A stretch of 64,000 bases of DNA from Trueperaceae bacterium. GTDB lineage: Bacteria; Deinococcota; Deinococci; Deinococcales; Trueperaceae. The notes below the pieces were generated by a model. That model worked only from the letters and a program-made list of their open reading frames with translations, did no database searches and was not told the DNA's origin. Below, piece after piece: positions 27,849 through 36,123 of the stretch. The position numbers and the translations under genes were made by a program. Position 1 is the first letter of the stretch; every line of letters begins with the position of its first letter. Where the stretch lies: the NCBI GenBank assembly GCA_965214405.1, contig OZ243956.1:1029845-1093844 (forward strand). Reading direction: 5' to 3'.

Positions 27849-29174
27849 GGGTGCAACTCAGTGAATGGGGGTGATAAAACAGGACGATGACAACAGACGC
27901 AGAGCAAAGGGTAGAAGAACTGGACGCCATCATCAAGAGCATTGTTGCGGAGATAAAGCAGGAGCTAGGGACGAAAGCGAGCATGAACGAAATAGAAGCG
28001 GCCTTGCTAAAGCGACAAAGTAGCCTGATGAGTCGCCTGATGCAGCACCTGGTTGAGAGCCAGGATTTTCCCCCCTCTGATGAACAAAAGCGAGGGTTGG
28101 CATAAAGACGGACGGGGCGAGCTTGAGGTCAAGCACTTCTGGGGGAGCGTGCGCGTACCCAGTCAAAGGTACGAACACAAAGACGGCAGACATTGCCAAG
28201 TCGCCCTGGACCCAAACTTAGACGGCAGTGGTTGGACAGCGGGCGCATTGAACGTGATGATGCGTTTGAGTAGCGCTTTATCGTATGAAAAAGCGGTAGA
28301 AGTCAGCCGTGACTTTGAGATGTTGCCGGGCATGAGTCGCGCGGGCTTGGAGCGCTTGACCCAACCTTACGCCAGCGCTTGTCAGGCGCAAACGCGCGAG
28401 CTGCTGGACACGGCCAAAGATGCAGCGTTGCTAGCAGGACGAGGGCGGAAAGTGGTGATTGAAGTTGACGGGGTGCGGGTGCTCGAAAAAGCTCAGGACG
28501 GGGTTTGTGGCGGCATCGAGATCAAGAGCGCGGTGATCCACCCGGTGTCTGCACCTCAGCAACGCAGCCTGTTAGCCGATGTGTGTGAGGCGACAGCGTT
28601 TACCGACCAAGTAGCGGGGCTGATGCGTGAAGCAGGCCTGAGACAAGATGATGAAGTCGTCGGCCTGAGCGATGGCGCGAGTTGGATCAAAAACCTTTAC
28701 GAGCATCTGGGTATCCCACACATCATCGACGTTTACCACAGCAGTGCTTACCTTGACACCCTTATGGAAGCTCTCGGCTGGGATGAGCGCGAACGTAGCC
28801 AAACAAGACGCTCTTGGCTTAGCGGCGAGATTGCTGCTGCGGATTGGTTACAAACGCATCGTCCTGACCCTGCTGTTTGGCTGAGCTGGGATGACACATC
28901 ACAAACGGCTTTACGCTATCTTCAAGAACGTCAACACCATATGGATTACCCCAGTTATAAAAATTGTGGCTTACCCATTGGCTCTGGTCAAGTCGAGGGC
29001 GTCAACAAGAGCGTCATCGGCTTCCGCATGAAACAGTCGGGGATGCAGTGGTCGCGTCCTGGCGCAGGTCGCATGGCTTCTTTTAGAGCTAGGCGTTGTT
29101 CCAAGCAGCCGCTCGTCTCCCATGACACCATAAGGCACCACGCCTTTTCTTCCCCCACTACGTGAGTTGCACCC
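27849..29174 (+). mobile_element. ISKra4-like insertion sequence, copy A (about 1.33 kb)
   Basis: 12-bp perfect terminal inverted repeats GGGTGCAACTCA (27849-27860) and TGAGTTGCACCC (29163-29174). Flanked on both sides by CTTGGCTCA (27840-27848 and 29175-29183). Confidence 0.75.
27887..29165 (+). CDS. ISKra4-like transposase, two overlapping frames (+1 break)
   Basis: The N-terminal 72-aa frame (27887..28105) and a 370-aa frame (28053..29165) overlap at the T4C6 run 28066-28075. C-terminal block LPIGSGQVEGVNKSVIGFRMKQSGMQWSRPGAGRMASFRA. Confidence 0.7.
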
Positions 29175-29183
29175 CTTGGCTCA

Positions 29184-30548
29184 GGGTGCATCCTGCTCTA
29201 AGGTGAAAGTTAGGAAGCCAAAGCGAAGGCTGAGAAACGAAGGTCATCAAAGTCCAGTAGCGGATGTTTAGCACAAGTTTGTGCCCTGAGTGAGGCCATG
29301 CCCTTAGCGCCAGAAGGTGACCAGTGCATACCACTTCTTTTCATGCGGTGACCAATAACAGCCTTGTTCATCCCTTCAACCTGACCTGAACCAATGGGGT
29401 AGCGTTTGTTTTTGAAGCTGGGATAGTCCATAGAATCTAAGCGCTGCTCTAAGTAGTTAAGAGCCGATAAGGCGTTGTCTTGCCAGGTCATCCACAGCTC
29501 GGGCTCAGGGAGATACTGTTCTAACCAGTCTCGCGCACTGATGTCGCCCCTGTACCAGTCCCGCCTGTGCCGGGTTCGCTCGGCTTCATCCCAGTGCAGG
29601 GCCTGCATGACGACATTGAGGTAAGTCGCAGCGTGAAAGACATCGGTAATGCGCGTAGCCGCCAGGTGAGTAAAGATGGTGTCAATCCATTTCGCACCGT
29701 CGCCTAGGCCGATAAGGGTATCTTGGGCTGTGACACCCGCCTCTACAAGCAAGCCTAAAAGCAGGGGCAAAAAGTCCTCGGCTGAACATCTGTCTGCTAA
29801 CATCCACCTTTCGCCGGGACCATTTTGAGAGTAAAGAACAGCGCTCTTTATTTCTAGCCCCGGACAACTCTTTGCTTCAGGACGACCCAGCACATAAACA
29901 CCATCAACTTGTAGGACCATCACACGCCCCGGCTTAGCGCTTGGCTGAACCGGACACTCACGCGTTTGCCTTAGCTTTTCACTCACTGCCTGTTCACAGT
30001 GAAGCGCGTAGAGACTGGTTAAAGTCGCAAGGCTTGAACCGCTAATGTCGAGTCCAAACAGCTTGGCGAGATGACTGCCTTCTTCATAAGGCAGACGGCT
30101 ACTGAGTTCGAGCAAGCGTTCCAAGGCTTCAGGGCTCCAGCCCGATTCATCCAAGCAGCCATCATAGTAGACCTGTTGACGCTCTCCCGTTCGAGCTTTC
30201 AACCTCTGGACTTTGACACGAACACTACCCCAGCACGTCTTGATATTGCCTGTACTCAGACCGTTACGCCAGTAGCCCTCAGGTGTCGCTTTGGCTTCGG
30301 GGGGAAAAAGCCTCGGCGTTCGCCAGGGCCTCGGCTGTTTTTCTCATCATCTCCGGCGAGAACTTTAGCATTGCCCTTTCTATATCTCTAAAGTTGGCGT
30401 CCGGCGCTAGCGTTGCCTTCAAATCGGCTAAGTAATGCTCGAATGCTTCTCTCGCCTTCTCTTCCCAGTCTGGCTTGTTCATGCGCCAGTCTACTTCCCT
30501 TTGCACCCTTTTTCTATCCCCTTATGCCAGGATGCACCCACTTGGCTC
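29184..30548 (-). mobile_element. ISKra4-like insertion sequence, copy B (about 1.37 kb)
   Basis: Terminal inverted repeats GGGTGCATCCTG (29184-29195) and CAGGATGCACCC (30537-30548). CTTGGCTCA lies at 29175-29183 and 30550-30558. Confidence 0.75.
29210..30506 (-). CDS. ISKra4-like transposase, two frames (+1 break)
   Basis: A small N-terminal frame (30279..30506; probable start MNKPDWEEKA at 30482) plus a +1 frame that stays open from the C6 run (plus-strand G6A5 at 30299-30309) down to 29210. YPIGSGQVEGMNKAVIGHRMKRSGMHWSPSGAKGMASLRA. Confidence 0.7.
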
Positions 30549-30645
30549 AACTCAGCTTGACAAGGTCCGGCCCGGATTTATACAATTGCGTTTGCGCCTC
30601 TCCGGCGTTGACCTCTGGTCAATCCCCAAGGCGCGCGTGAGACGG

Positions 30646-30719
30646 TGGGGTGTCGTCTAACGGCAGGACAGCGGATTTTGGTTCCGTTAATCGGGGTTCG
30701 AGTCCCTGCACCCCAACCA
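30646..30719 (+). tRNA. tRNA-Gln (anticodon UUG)
   Basis: 74 nt fold as a cloverleaf: acceptor TGGGGTG/CACCCCA, anticodon stem GCGGA/TCCGT with loop TTTTGGT (anticodon TTG), T-arm CGGGG-TTCGAGT-CCCTG, discriminator A and an encoded CCA. The overall sequence resembles E. coli tRNA-Gln. Confidence 0.9.
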
Positions 30720-30750
30720 GCAACAAACGCTGTCTAGAACAGCATATAAG

Positions 30751-30790
30751 AAAAGCGGCTGAGCCTGCCATCAGCCGCTTTTCCCTTTTT
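30751..30790 (+). terminator. rho-independent terminator after tRNA-Gln
   Basis: Stem AAAAGCGGCTGA / TCAGCCGCTTTT with an 8-nt loop, followed by CCCTTTTT. Confidence 0.75.
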
Positions 30791-30938
30791 GTGGTTCTCT
30801 TTAAGCCGCGCGCCTGAAGCGCCTTTGAGGCCGCTCGAGGATACATTTGGGACCTGCGAGACCTTCGGACGGCTCTACGGTCGGTAAGATGAAGGACACC
30901 GGAATTTTACAAAGACTATTTTCTTAGGCAGCCACATC

Positions 30939-33014
30939 ATGACCCAAAAACCCAAATTTCTCAGCGAGACCTATGCTCGAGCCTTTCTGTCCCCCCGCGT
31001 GGCCCAGGCCTACCAACACCGCCCGCCCTACGCCACTGAGGTGTTTGACATCCTCAGTGGCTTGTTATCCATGCCTCCTAACCGCGTCCTCGACCTCGGC
31101 TGCGGCACGGGCTTCGTCGCGCGTCGCCTGGCCCCCCGCGTCGCTCGGGTTGACGCGGTTGACGTGTCGGAGGCGATGATTGCGGAAGGAAAAAAGCTTC
31201 CTGGCGGCGACCATCCCCGGCTTCGGTGGATTGTGGGACGCGCCGAGACGGTTCGGCTCGAGCCGCCTTACAGCCTCGTGACCGCAGGCGACAGCCTTCA
31301 CTGGATGGACTGGGAGACTGTGTTACTGCGTCTAAACAGTTTGCTCGGTAAAAACGCTTATCTCGCCATTCTGAGCGCCGGAACCGCGCCGACGCCGTGG
31401 GACGACGCACTTGCGGAACTCGTCAAGCGTTACTCCACGAACCAGGATTACGAGCCTTTCGACCTCGTGGGGACGCTCACCGCTCGAGGGCTCTTCAAAC
31501 CTTGCGGAGAACACCAGACGACGCCCGTACCCTTTGTGCAACCCCTCGAGGCTTACGCCGCGTCGTTTCACGGCAGGTCCTCGCTGTCAAAAGATGCGAT
31601 GGGTCCTCGAGCAGAAGCGTTCGGCGCGGCTCTTCGCGCGCTCGTCAGGACGTTTCAGGGTGATTCTGAGGATGAAACGGTGCAACTCGAGCTCGTCTCG
31701 ACGATCACTTGGGGAAGCCTCTGGCACCCGCCGCTGGACTATGCTGAACCCATGAGCCATCCGTCTACCATCCCTCCCACCATGCGCGCGTTCACCCTCT
31801 CCGGCACAGGCTGGGAGCATCTAAGCCTCCGCACCGTGCCCACACCCCAACCCGGCCCGAAGCAGCTTCTGGCCAGGGTAGACGCCGCGGGCATCTGCAC
31901 CTCGCTCATCAAACTTATCGAGCAGGGACCCAAGCACCCTTACCTCTACGGCTGGGACGTGAGCGCGCACCCCGTCATCCTGGGCGACGAGGGCGCGGTG
32001 ACGCTTCAAGCGGTCGGGGAGGATTTGCGGGAGCGTTACGGGGTGGGCGAAAGGTTCGTCATCCAGCCCGCCGTGGACCACGCGCCGCTGGACCACCGGG
32101 AGCGCTACAAAAATGTCGAGCACGTTCACAAGCTCGCGGTCGGTTACACGCTGCCGGGGCATCTGGCGGAGTACATTTTGATTTCTGAGGAGGTGATGGC
32201 GGCGGGCTGCCTTCTCCCTTTTTCGAACCTCCCCTACGCCCACGCCGCCCTGAGTGAGCCCTTGTCGTGCGTAGTTTCGGGGCAAGACCATCACGTGCAT
32301 CTCACGCAAAAAACACCCCAAAGGAAGCGAGAGGCGCACAAGGGGGTCAAGCCCGGCGGCGTCACGGTGGTCGTCGGCGCGGGCGCGATGGGCCGGATGC
32401 ACGTGGACGTGGCGCTGAGTTACGGACCCAGGACCATCGTCGTGACCGACTTTTTAGAGGCGCGGCTGGGGCGCGTGCGTGAGCTTTTCGGCACCAAGGC
32501 GGTGGGGCTCGAGGTGGGGCTGCACACCGTCAACGGGCGGGAGGACGTTCGGGGCTTGGTGAACACGCTCACGAACAACCGCGGCGCGGACGACGTGATT
32601 GTGGCGGTGGGGTCGGCGCAGGCCATCGAGACGGCGCAGCACTTCTGCGGGCGGGGCGCGGTCTTGAACCTTTTCGGCGGGCTTAAACGCGGTGAGGACG
32701 TGGTCGGGCTCGACACCGGCCTCGTTCACTATCAGGAAATCATCGTCACCGGCTCCTCGGGCGGCTCGCCGTGGGACGTGGCGCGGACCCTAGAGCTTTT
32801 GTCAGCGGACAAGCTTAGCGCGGGCGCGCACATCACCCGCGTCGGCGATTTGAGCCACGCGGCGGCGCTGTTAAACATGGTCAAGGCTCAGGAACTTGAC
32901 GGCAAAGCGGTGGTGTATCCGCACAGGCGTAGCGACGCCATCCTCTCCGTGGACGGCTGGACCGCCGAGGACGAGGCGGCTTATCTTAAAGGCGTTCCCG
33001 CGCCCTCTCAATGA
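30939..33014 (+). CDS. fusion ORF: class I SAM-dependent methyltransferase (N) + medium-chain dehydrogenase/reductase (MDR, zinc-ADH-like) domain (C)
   Basis: N-terminal VLDLGCGTGFVARRLAPRVARVDAVDVSEAMI (SAM motif I). From about residue 290, MRAFTLSG...ARVDAAGICTSLIKL...ILGDEGAV...VVVGAGAMGRMHVDVAL (MDR fold with Rossmann GxGxxG). There is no stop codon between the halves. Confidence 0.7.
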   Translation: MTQKPKFLSETYARAFLSPRVAQAYQHRPPYATEVFDILSGLLSMPPNRVLDLGCGTGFVARRLAPRVARVDAVDVSEAMIAEGKKLPGGDHPRLRWIVGRAETVRLEPPYSLVTAGDSLHWMDWETVLLRLNSLLGKNAYLAILSAGTAPTPWDDALAELVKRYSTNQDYEPFDLVGTLTARGLFKPCGEHQTTPVPFVQPLEAYAASFHGRSSLSKDAMGPRAEAFGAALRALVRTFQGDSEDETVQLELVSTITWGSLWHPPLDYAEPMSHPSTIPPTMRAFTLSGTGWEHLSLRTVPTPQPGPKQLLARVDAAGICTSLIKLIEQGPKHPYLYGWDVSAHPVILGDEGAVTLQAVGEDLRERYGVGERFVIQPAVDHAPLDHRERYKNVEHVHKLAVGYTLPGHLAEYILISEEVMAAGCLLPFSNLPYAHAALSEPLSCVVSGQDHHVHLTQKTPQRKREAHKGVKPGGVTVVVGAGAMGRMHVDVALSYGPRTIVVTDFLEARLGRVRELFGTKAVGLEVGLHTVNGREDVRGLVNTLTNNRGADDVIVAVGSAQAIETAQHFCGRGAVLNLFGGLKRGEDVVGLDTGLVHYQEIIVTGSSGGSPWDVARTLELLSADKLSAGAHITRVGDLSHAAALLNMVKAQELDGKAVVYPHRRSDAILSVDGWTAEDEAAYLKGVPAPSQ

Positions 33015-34279
33015 GCCGCACCTTTGTCGGCTTTGGTTTTGGCGCGATTCAGGCGGGGCTCTACCTCTATGAAGGAGCCAAGTCGGGCGCGTTCGGGCGG
33101 CTCGTCGTCGCCTACCGCCGCCCGGAGGTGATTGCGCGCGTTCGGGCGGCGGGGGGCTACGGACTCAACATCGCGCACCCTGACGGCGTTGAGCAGGTGC
33201 AAGTCGGACCCGTTGAGGTAGAAGATGTGAATGTTCCGGCGGACCGCGCGCGCCTCGTTCACGCCGTTGCGGAAGCCAGCGAGCTTGCCACGGCCCTCTC
33301 GAGCGTCCGCGACTACACCTCGGCGGGGCCGGGGAGCGTTCACCGCCTCCTGGCTGCCGGATTGCGCGAGAAAGCGCGGCGGGCGGGGCCGCGCGCGGTC
33401 GTTTACGCCTCGGAAAACCACAATCACGCGGCGGAGAGGCTCGAGCGGGCCGTCTTCACTCAAATTCCAGCGCGTGAGCGGGAGGCGGTGAGGTCGCGCG
33501 TCCATTTTTCGGACACCGTCATCGGCAAGATGAGCGGCGTCGTGACGGGGGCGCGGGAGGTGGAGGCTCGAGGCCTCGCGCCCGTCACGCCGGGGAGCGA
33601 GCGCGCCTTTTTGGTCGAGGCCTTTAACCGCATCTTGACCACGAAAATTCCCTTTGAAGGGTTCGGCCGGGGCTTCCCGACTTTTGAGGAAAAAGCGGAC
33701 TTGCGGCCCTTCGAGGAGGCCAAACTCTACGGCCACAACGCGACGCACGCGCTGGCCGCTTACGTCGGGGCGTTTGTGGGAACCGAGACGATTGCCGACT
33801 TGAAAAACGTCCCGGGCATGACGAACTTTCTAAGCGCGGCATTTGTGGAGGAATCGGGTGCCGCGCTCATTAAAAAGTACGCGGGTCTCGACCCCCTCTT
33901 CTCTCCCCAGGGTTACCGCCGCTACGCCGACGATTTGTTGACGCGCATGATGAACCCCCATTTGCGCGATACGGTGGCGCGGGTGGGGCGCGACCCGGCG
34001 CGCAAGCTGGGCTGGGACGACCGGCTCGTCGGCACCATGCGTTTGGCCCTGCGTGAGGGCGTGACGCCCCGCCGCTACGCGCTGGGCGCGGCGGCGGCGT
34101 TGGGGGCGCTCGAGCCTTATTTAGAACAGTCTAAGCAGCTCGAGGCGCTGGGGGCACTGTGGGAGTATATTCCCGCTACCCGTGAAAAGGAGACCGTGCT
34201 GGAGCTTGTCGGAGAGGGCCAACAAAGGCTTGACCGCTGGCGGGAAGGGGGGTTCGGGCGGCTCGAGGCTCTTTTGTGA
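33011..34279 (+). CDS. mannitol-dehydrogenase-family-like oxidoreductase (tentative)
   Basis: N-terminal FVGFGFGAIQAGLYLYE is dinucleotide-fold-like. KLYGHNATHALAAYVG resembles the K..N..H...AY.G block of the mannitol/mannitol-1-P dehydrogenase family. ATGA overlap with the upstream ORF. The functional call is weak. Confidence 0.45.
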   Translation: MSRTFVGFGFGAIQAGLYLYEGAKSGAFGRLVVAYRRPEVIARVRAAGGYGLNIAHPDGVEQVQVGPVEVEDVNVPADRARLVHAVAEASELATALSSVRDYTSAGPGSVHRLLAAGLREKARRAGPRAVVYASENHNHAAERLERAVFTQIPAREREAVRSRVHFSDTVIGKMSGVVTGAREVEARGLAPVTPGSERAFLVEAFNRILTTKIPFEGFGRGFPTFEEKADLRPFEEAKLYGHNATHALAAYVGAFVGTETIADLKNVPGMTNFLSAAFVEESGAALIKKYAGLDPLFSPQGYRRYADDLLTRMMNPHLRDTVARVGRDPARKLGWDDRLVGTMRLALREGVTPRRYALGAAAALGALEPYLEQSKQLEALGALWEYIPATREKETVLELVGEGQQRLDRWREGGFGRLEALL

Positions 34280-34352
34280 CGCTCACTGCCCCTTTCTTGG
34301 CCCACCGCGGGTCAAGATAGCTCACGGGTTCATACAGGCCTTGTGGCACAAA

Positions 34353-34384
34353 AGCGAGCCGGAACTTTTCTGTTCCGGCTCGCT
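34353..34384. terminator. 13-bp hairpin between convergent genes
   Basis: AGCGAGCCGGAAC - TTTTCT - GTTCCGGCTCGCT. Only short U-tracts on either strand. Confidence 0.4.
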
Positions 34385-34435
34385 TGCAACCATGTTGCTT
34401 TCGAATGAGCGACTTTAAGCAGGTGACGCTACGCG

Positions 34436-34681
34436 CTAATCGCCCACCCCGACGCCTTCGCCAAGCCCTTCGCGGAAGGTATCGTATTCGCCGCGGAAGG
34501 TGTCATACTCGCCGCGAAACGTGTCGTACTCGCCGCGCAAGGTGTCATAGTCGGTCCTTAGAGAGTCGTAATCGCCTCTCAAACTTACAACTTCTTCCTC
34601 TAGCGCGCCGTAGTCGCCGCCGGTTTCGCAACCGACGAGCAGACCCGCAAAAAGTGCGATGACAAGAAACGTTCTTTTCAT
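34436..34681 (-). CDS. small lipoprotein made of seven heptad repeats
   Basis: ATG 34681 lies 6 nt after GGGAGG. Signal peptide plus lipobox MKRTFLVIALFAGLLVGC. The mature part reads GDYGALE EEVVSLR GDYDSLR TDYDTLR GEYDTFR GEYDTFR GEYDTFR. The track start at 34711 is upstream of the RBS. Confidence 0.75.
   Translation of the reverse strand: MKRTFLVIALFAGLLVGCETGGDYGALEEEVVSLRGDYDSLRTDYDTLRGEYDTFRGEYDTFRGEYDTFREGLGEGVGVGD
34472..34618 (-). repeat. 7 x 21-nt coding heptad repeat
   Basis: The three identical GEYDTFR units use different synonymous codons: ggc gag tac gac acg ttt cgc / ggc gag tat gac acc ttc cgc / ggc gaa tac gat acc ttc cgc. Confidence 0.85.
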
Positions 34682-34725
34682 CTTTCGCCTCCCAAGGTAA
34701 TTTCGAATCACACTTTAACAGCACG

Positions 34726-35151
34726 TCACCAAGCTTCACTGCGCGTCAGCACCCAAAGTCCGACCGTCCGCAGCCGTCCCTGGCACCCCTGGGCGTCCGC
34801 ACCCAGACCCACCTCGCCGCAGGCAACGATGACACTCATATCATCGGGCATATCATCGGGCGAACGGATGTTGATGGATAAGTCGCTGTTGATGACGTCG
34901 AACACGCTCGCGTCAACCGTGATGATGGTGGGCTCGGGGCCGCCGGGGCTGGGCTCTAAAGGATAGACGATGTCGCCGCCGTGCCGCAGTCGCCCATGCG
35001 GAAGTGCGAGGAGTCCATCAAAGAGACCCTTTGGTAAACCGATTAGAAATCTTTCTGGTCTGTTTGGAGGGATTTTTGGGGTGCGCGCCAGCTCGAGCCG
35101 TCTCGCGGGCGCGCTGCGTCCTCGAGCGTTTCCCCGAAGGGACTGCTCCAC
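34726..35151 (-). CDS. hypothetical ORF, possibly a gene remnant; its C-terminal motif is shared with the fasciclin protein tail
   Basis: ...ITVDASVFDVINSDLSINIRSPDDMPDDMSVIVACGEVGLG resembles ...TTVDAPYDALVGEDYALELLSPDGSGTVVTCGEVGSG at 50700-50840. The 5' 109 nt overlap the GT2 gene, and there is no ATG/GTG/TTG start downstream of that overlap before residue about 86. Confidence 0.25.
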   Translation of the reverse strand: MEQSLRGNARGRSAPARRLELARTPKIPPNRPERFLIGLPKGLFDGLLALPHGRLRHGGDIVYPLEPSPGGPEPTIITVDASVFDVINSDLSINIRSPDDMPDDMSVIVACGEVGLGADAQGCQGRLRTVGLWVLTRSEAW

Positions 35152-35975
35152 TCTCCCCCGAAAAGCTTGAGCACCCCCTTGTAAGCGTCTCGTTGCCGAG
35201 CGTCTTTAGAAAAGCCAGCCTTCCAGCCCGCTTCGGCGCGCACGACCGCGCGGTGCAGCGCGCGGTAGAGGGGCGGCTTATACATCTCTGAAAGCCGGTA
35301 GCCGCCGCGGTAGCCCTCGACCAAAAAAGGGGTCGCGGCGGGGGTGGACGCGCCGCCGATATGCAGCGCCGTCGTCCCCACCAAACGGCACTCGAAGCCC
35401 GCCGCCCGCATCCGCCAGCACCACTCCATATCTTCGTTGTAAAAGCGCAGCGTGCTGTTCATCCCCCCGACCCTCTCGACCACGTCGCGCCGGGTCATCT
35501 GCAAACAGCCCGAGAGCCAGGGGACGCTCACAGAAGGCGCGCTTCCAGCAGGTCCGGACACACGCGCCAACCTGCGGTAGTGGCGGCGGTAAGGGAGGCC
35601 CTGATTTTGCCACGCGCCCTCAGGCGTCACCACGCGCGGCCCGACCACGCCCACGTTTTCTCGCTCCAACACGCTTTGAAGCGCGGGCAACGTGTCCGCT
35701 CCGATCATCACGTCGGCGTTGAGGTGCGCCGCAAAAGGCCGCGACGAGGTCTCGAGCCAGCTTTTAAGCCCCACGTTGACCGCGTGCGCCAGGCTGTGGT
35801 TGGAGGTGTGGACGAGCCGGACGTCCCCAAAGCGTCCAACCGGGGCCGCGCCCTCGGGGCCGGTATCCACCACCAGCACGTCCGCGCCGGGTGCAAAACG
35901 CGCGACGCGTTCCAGACACGCCTGCAAAAGTTCGGGCGTGCGGTGGTGAACGACGATAAGGCCTAGAGAAGTCAT
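35043..35975 (-). CDS. glycosyltransferase family 2
   Basis: MTSLGLIVVHHRTPELLQACLERVARFAPGADVLVVDTGPEG ... is a GT2-like N-terminus. Start placed at ATG 35975. Confidence 0.7.
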   Translation of the reverse strand: MTSLGLIVVHHRTPELLQACLERVARFAPGADVLVVDTGPEGAAPVGRFGDVRLVHTSNHSLAHAVNVGLKSWLETSSRPFAAHLNADVMIGADTLPALQSVLERENVGVVGPRVVTPEGAWQNQGLPYRRHYRRLARVSGPAGSAPSVSVPWLSGCLQMTRRDVVERVGGMNSTLRFYNEDMEWCWRMRAAGFECRLVGTTALHIGGASTPAATPFLVEGYRGGYRLSEMYKPPLYRALHRAVVRAEAGWKAGFSKDARQRDAYKGVLKLFGGEWSSPFGETLEDAARPRDGSSWRAPQKSLQTDQKDF

Positions 35976-36123
35976 CTCGCCTAGTGTGACACGTAAGTCC
36001 AGGTAAATATACAAACGGTCAAGCTTTTATCATGATCATCAGGGAAGCCGCAGAATGCGCTTCTGCTTCTAAAGACAAAAGGACCGAGGCCCGAGAAAAC
36101 TTGCAACTCGGTACCCGGTACTC

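Noticed and set aside
30619-30846. 75-aa minus-strand ORF
   Set aside because: It runs antisense straight through tRNA-Gln and its terminator, so it is not a plausible gene.
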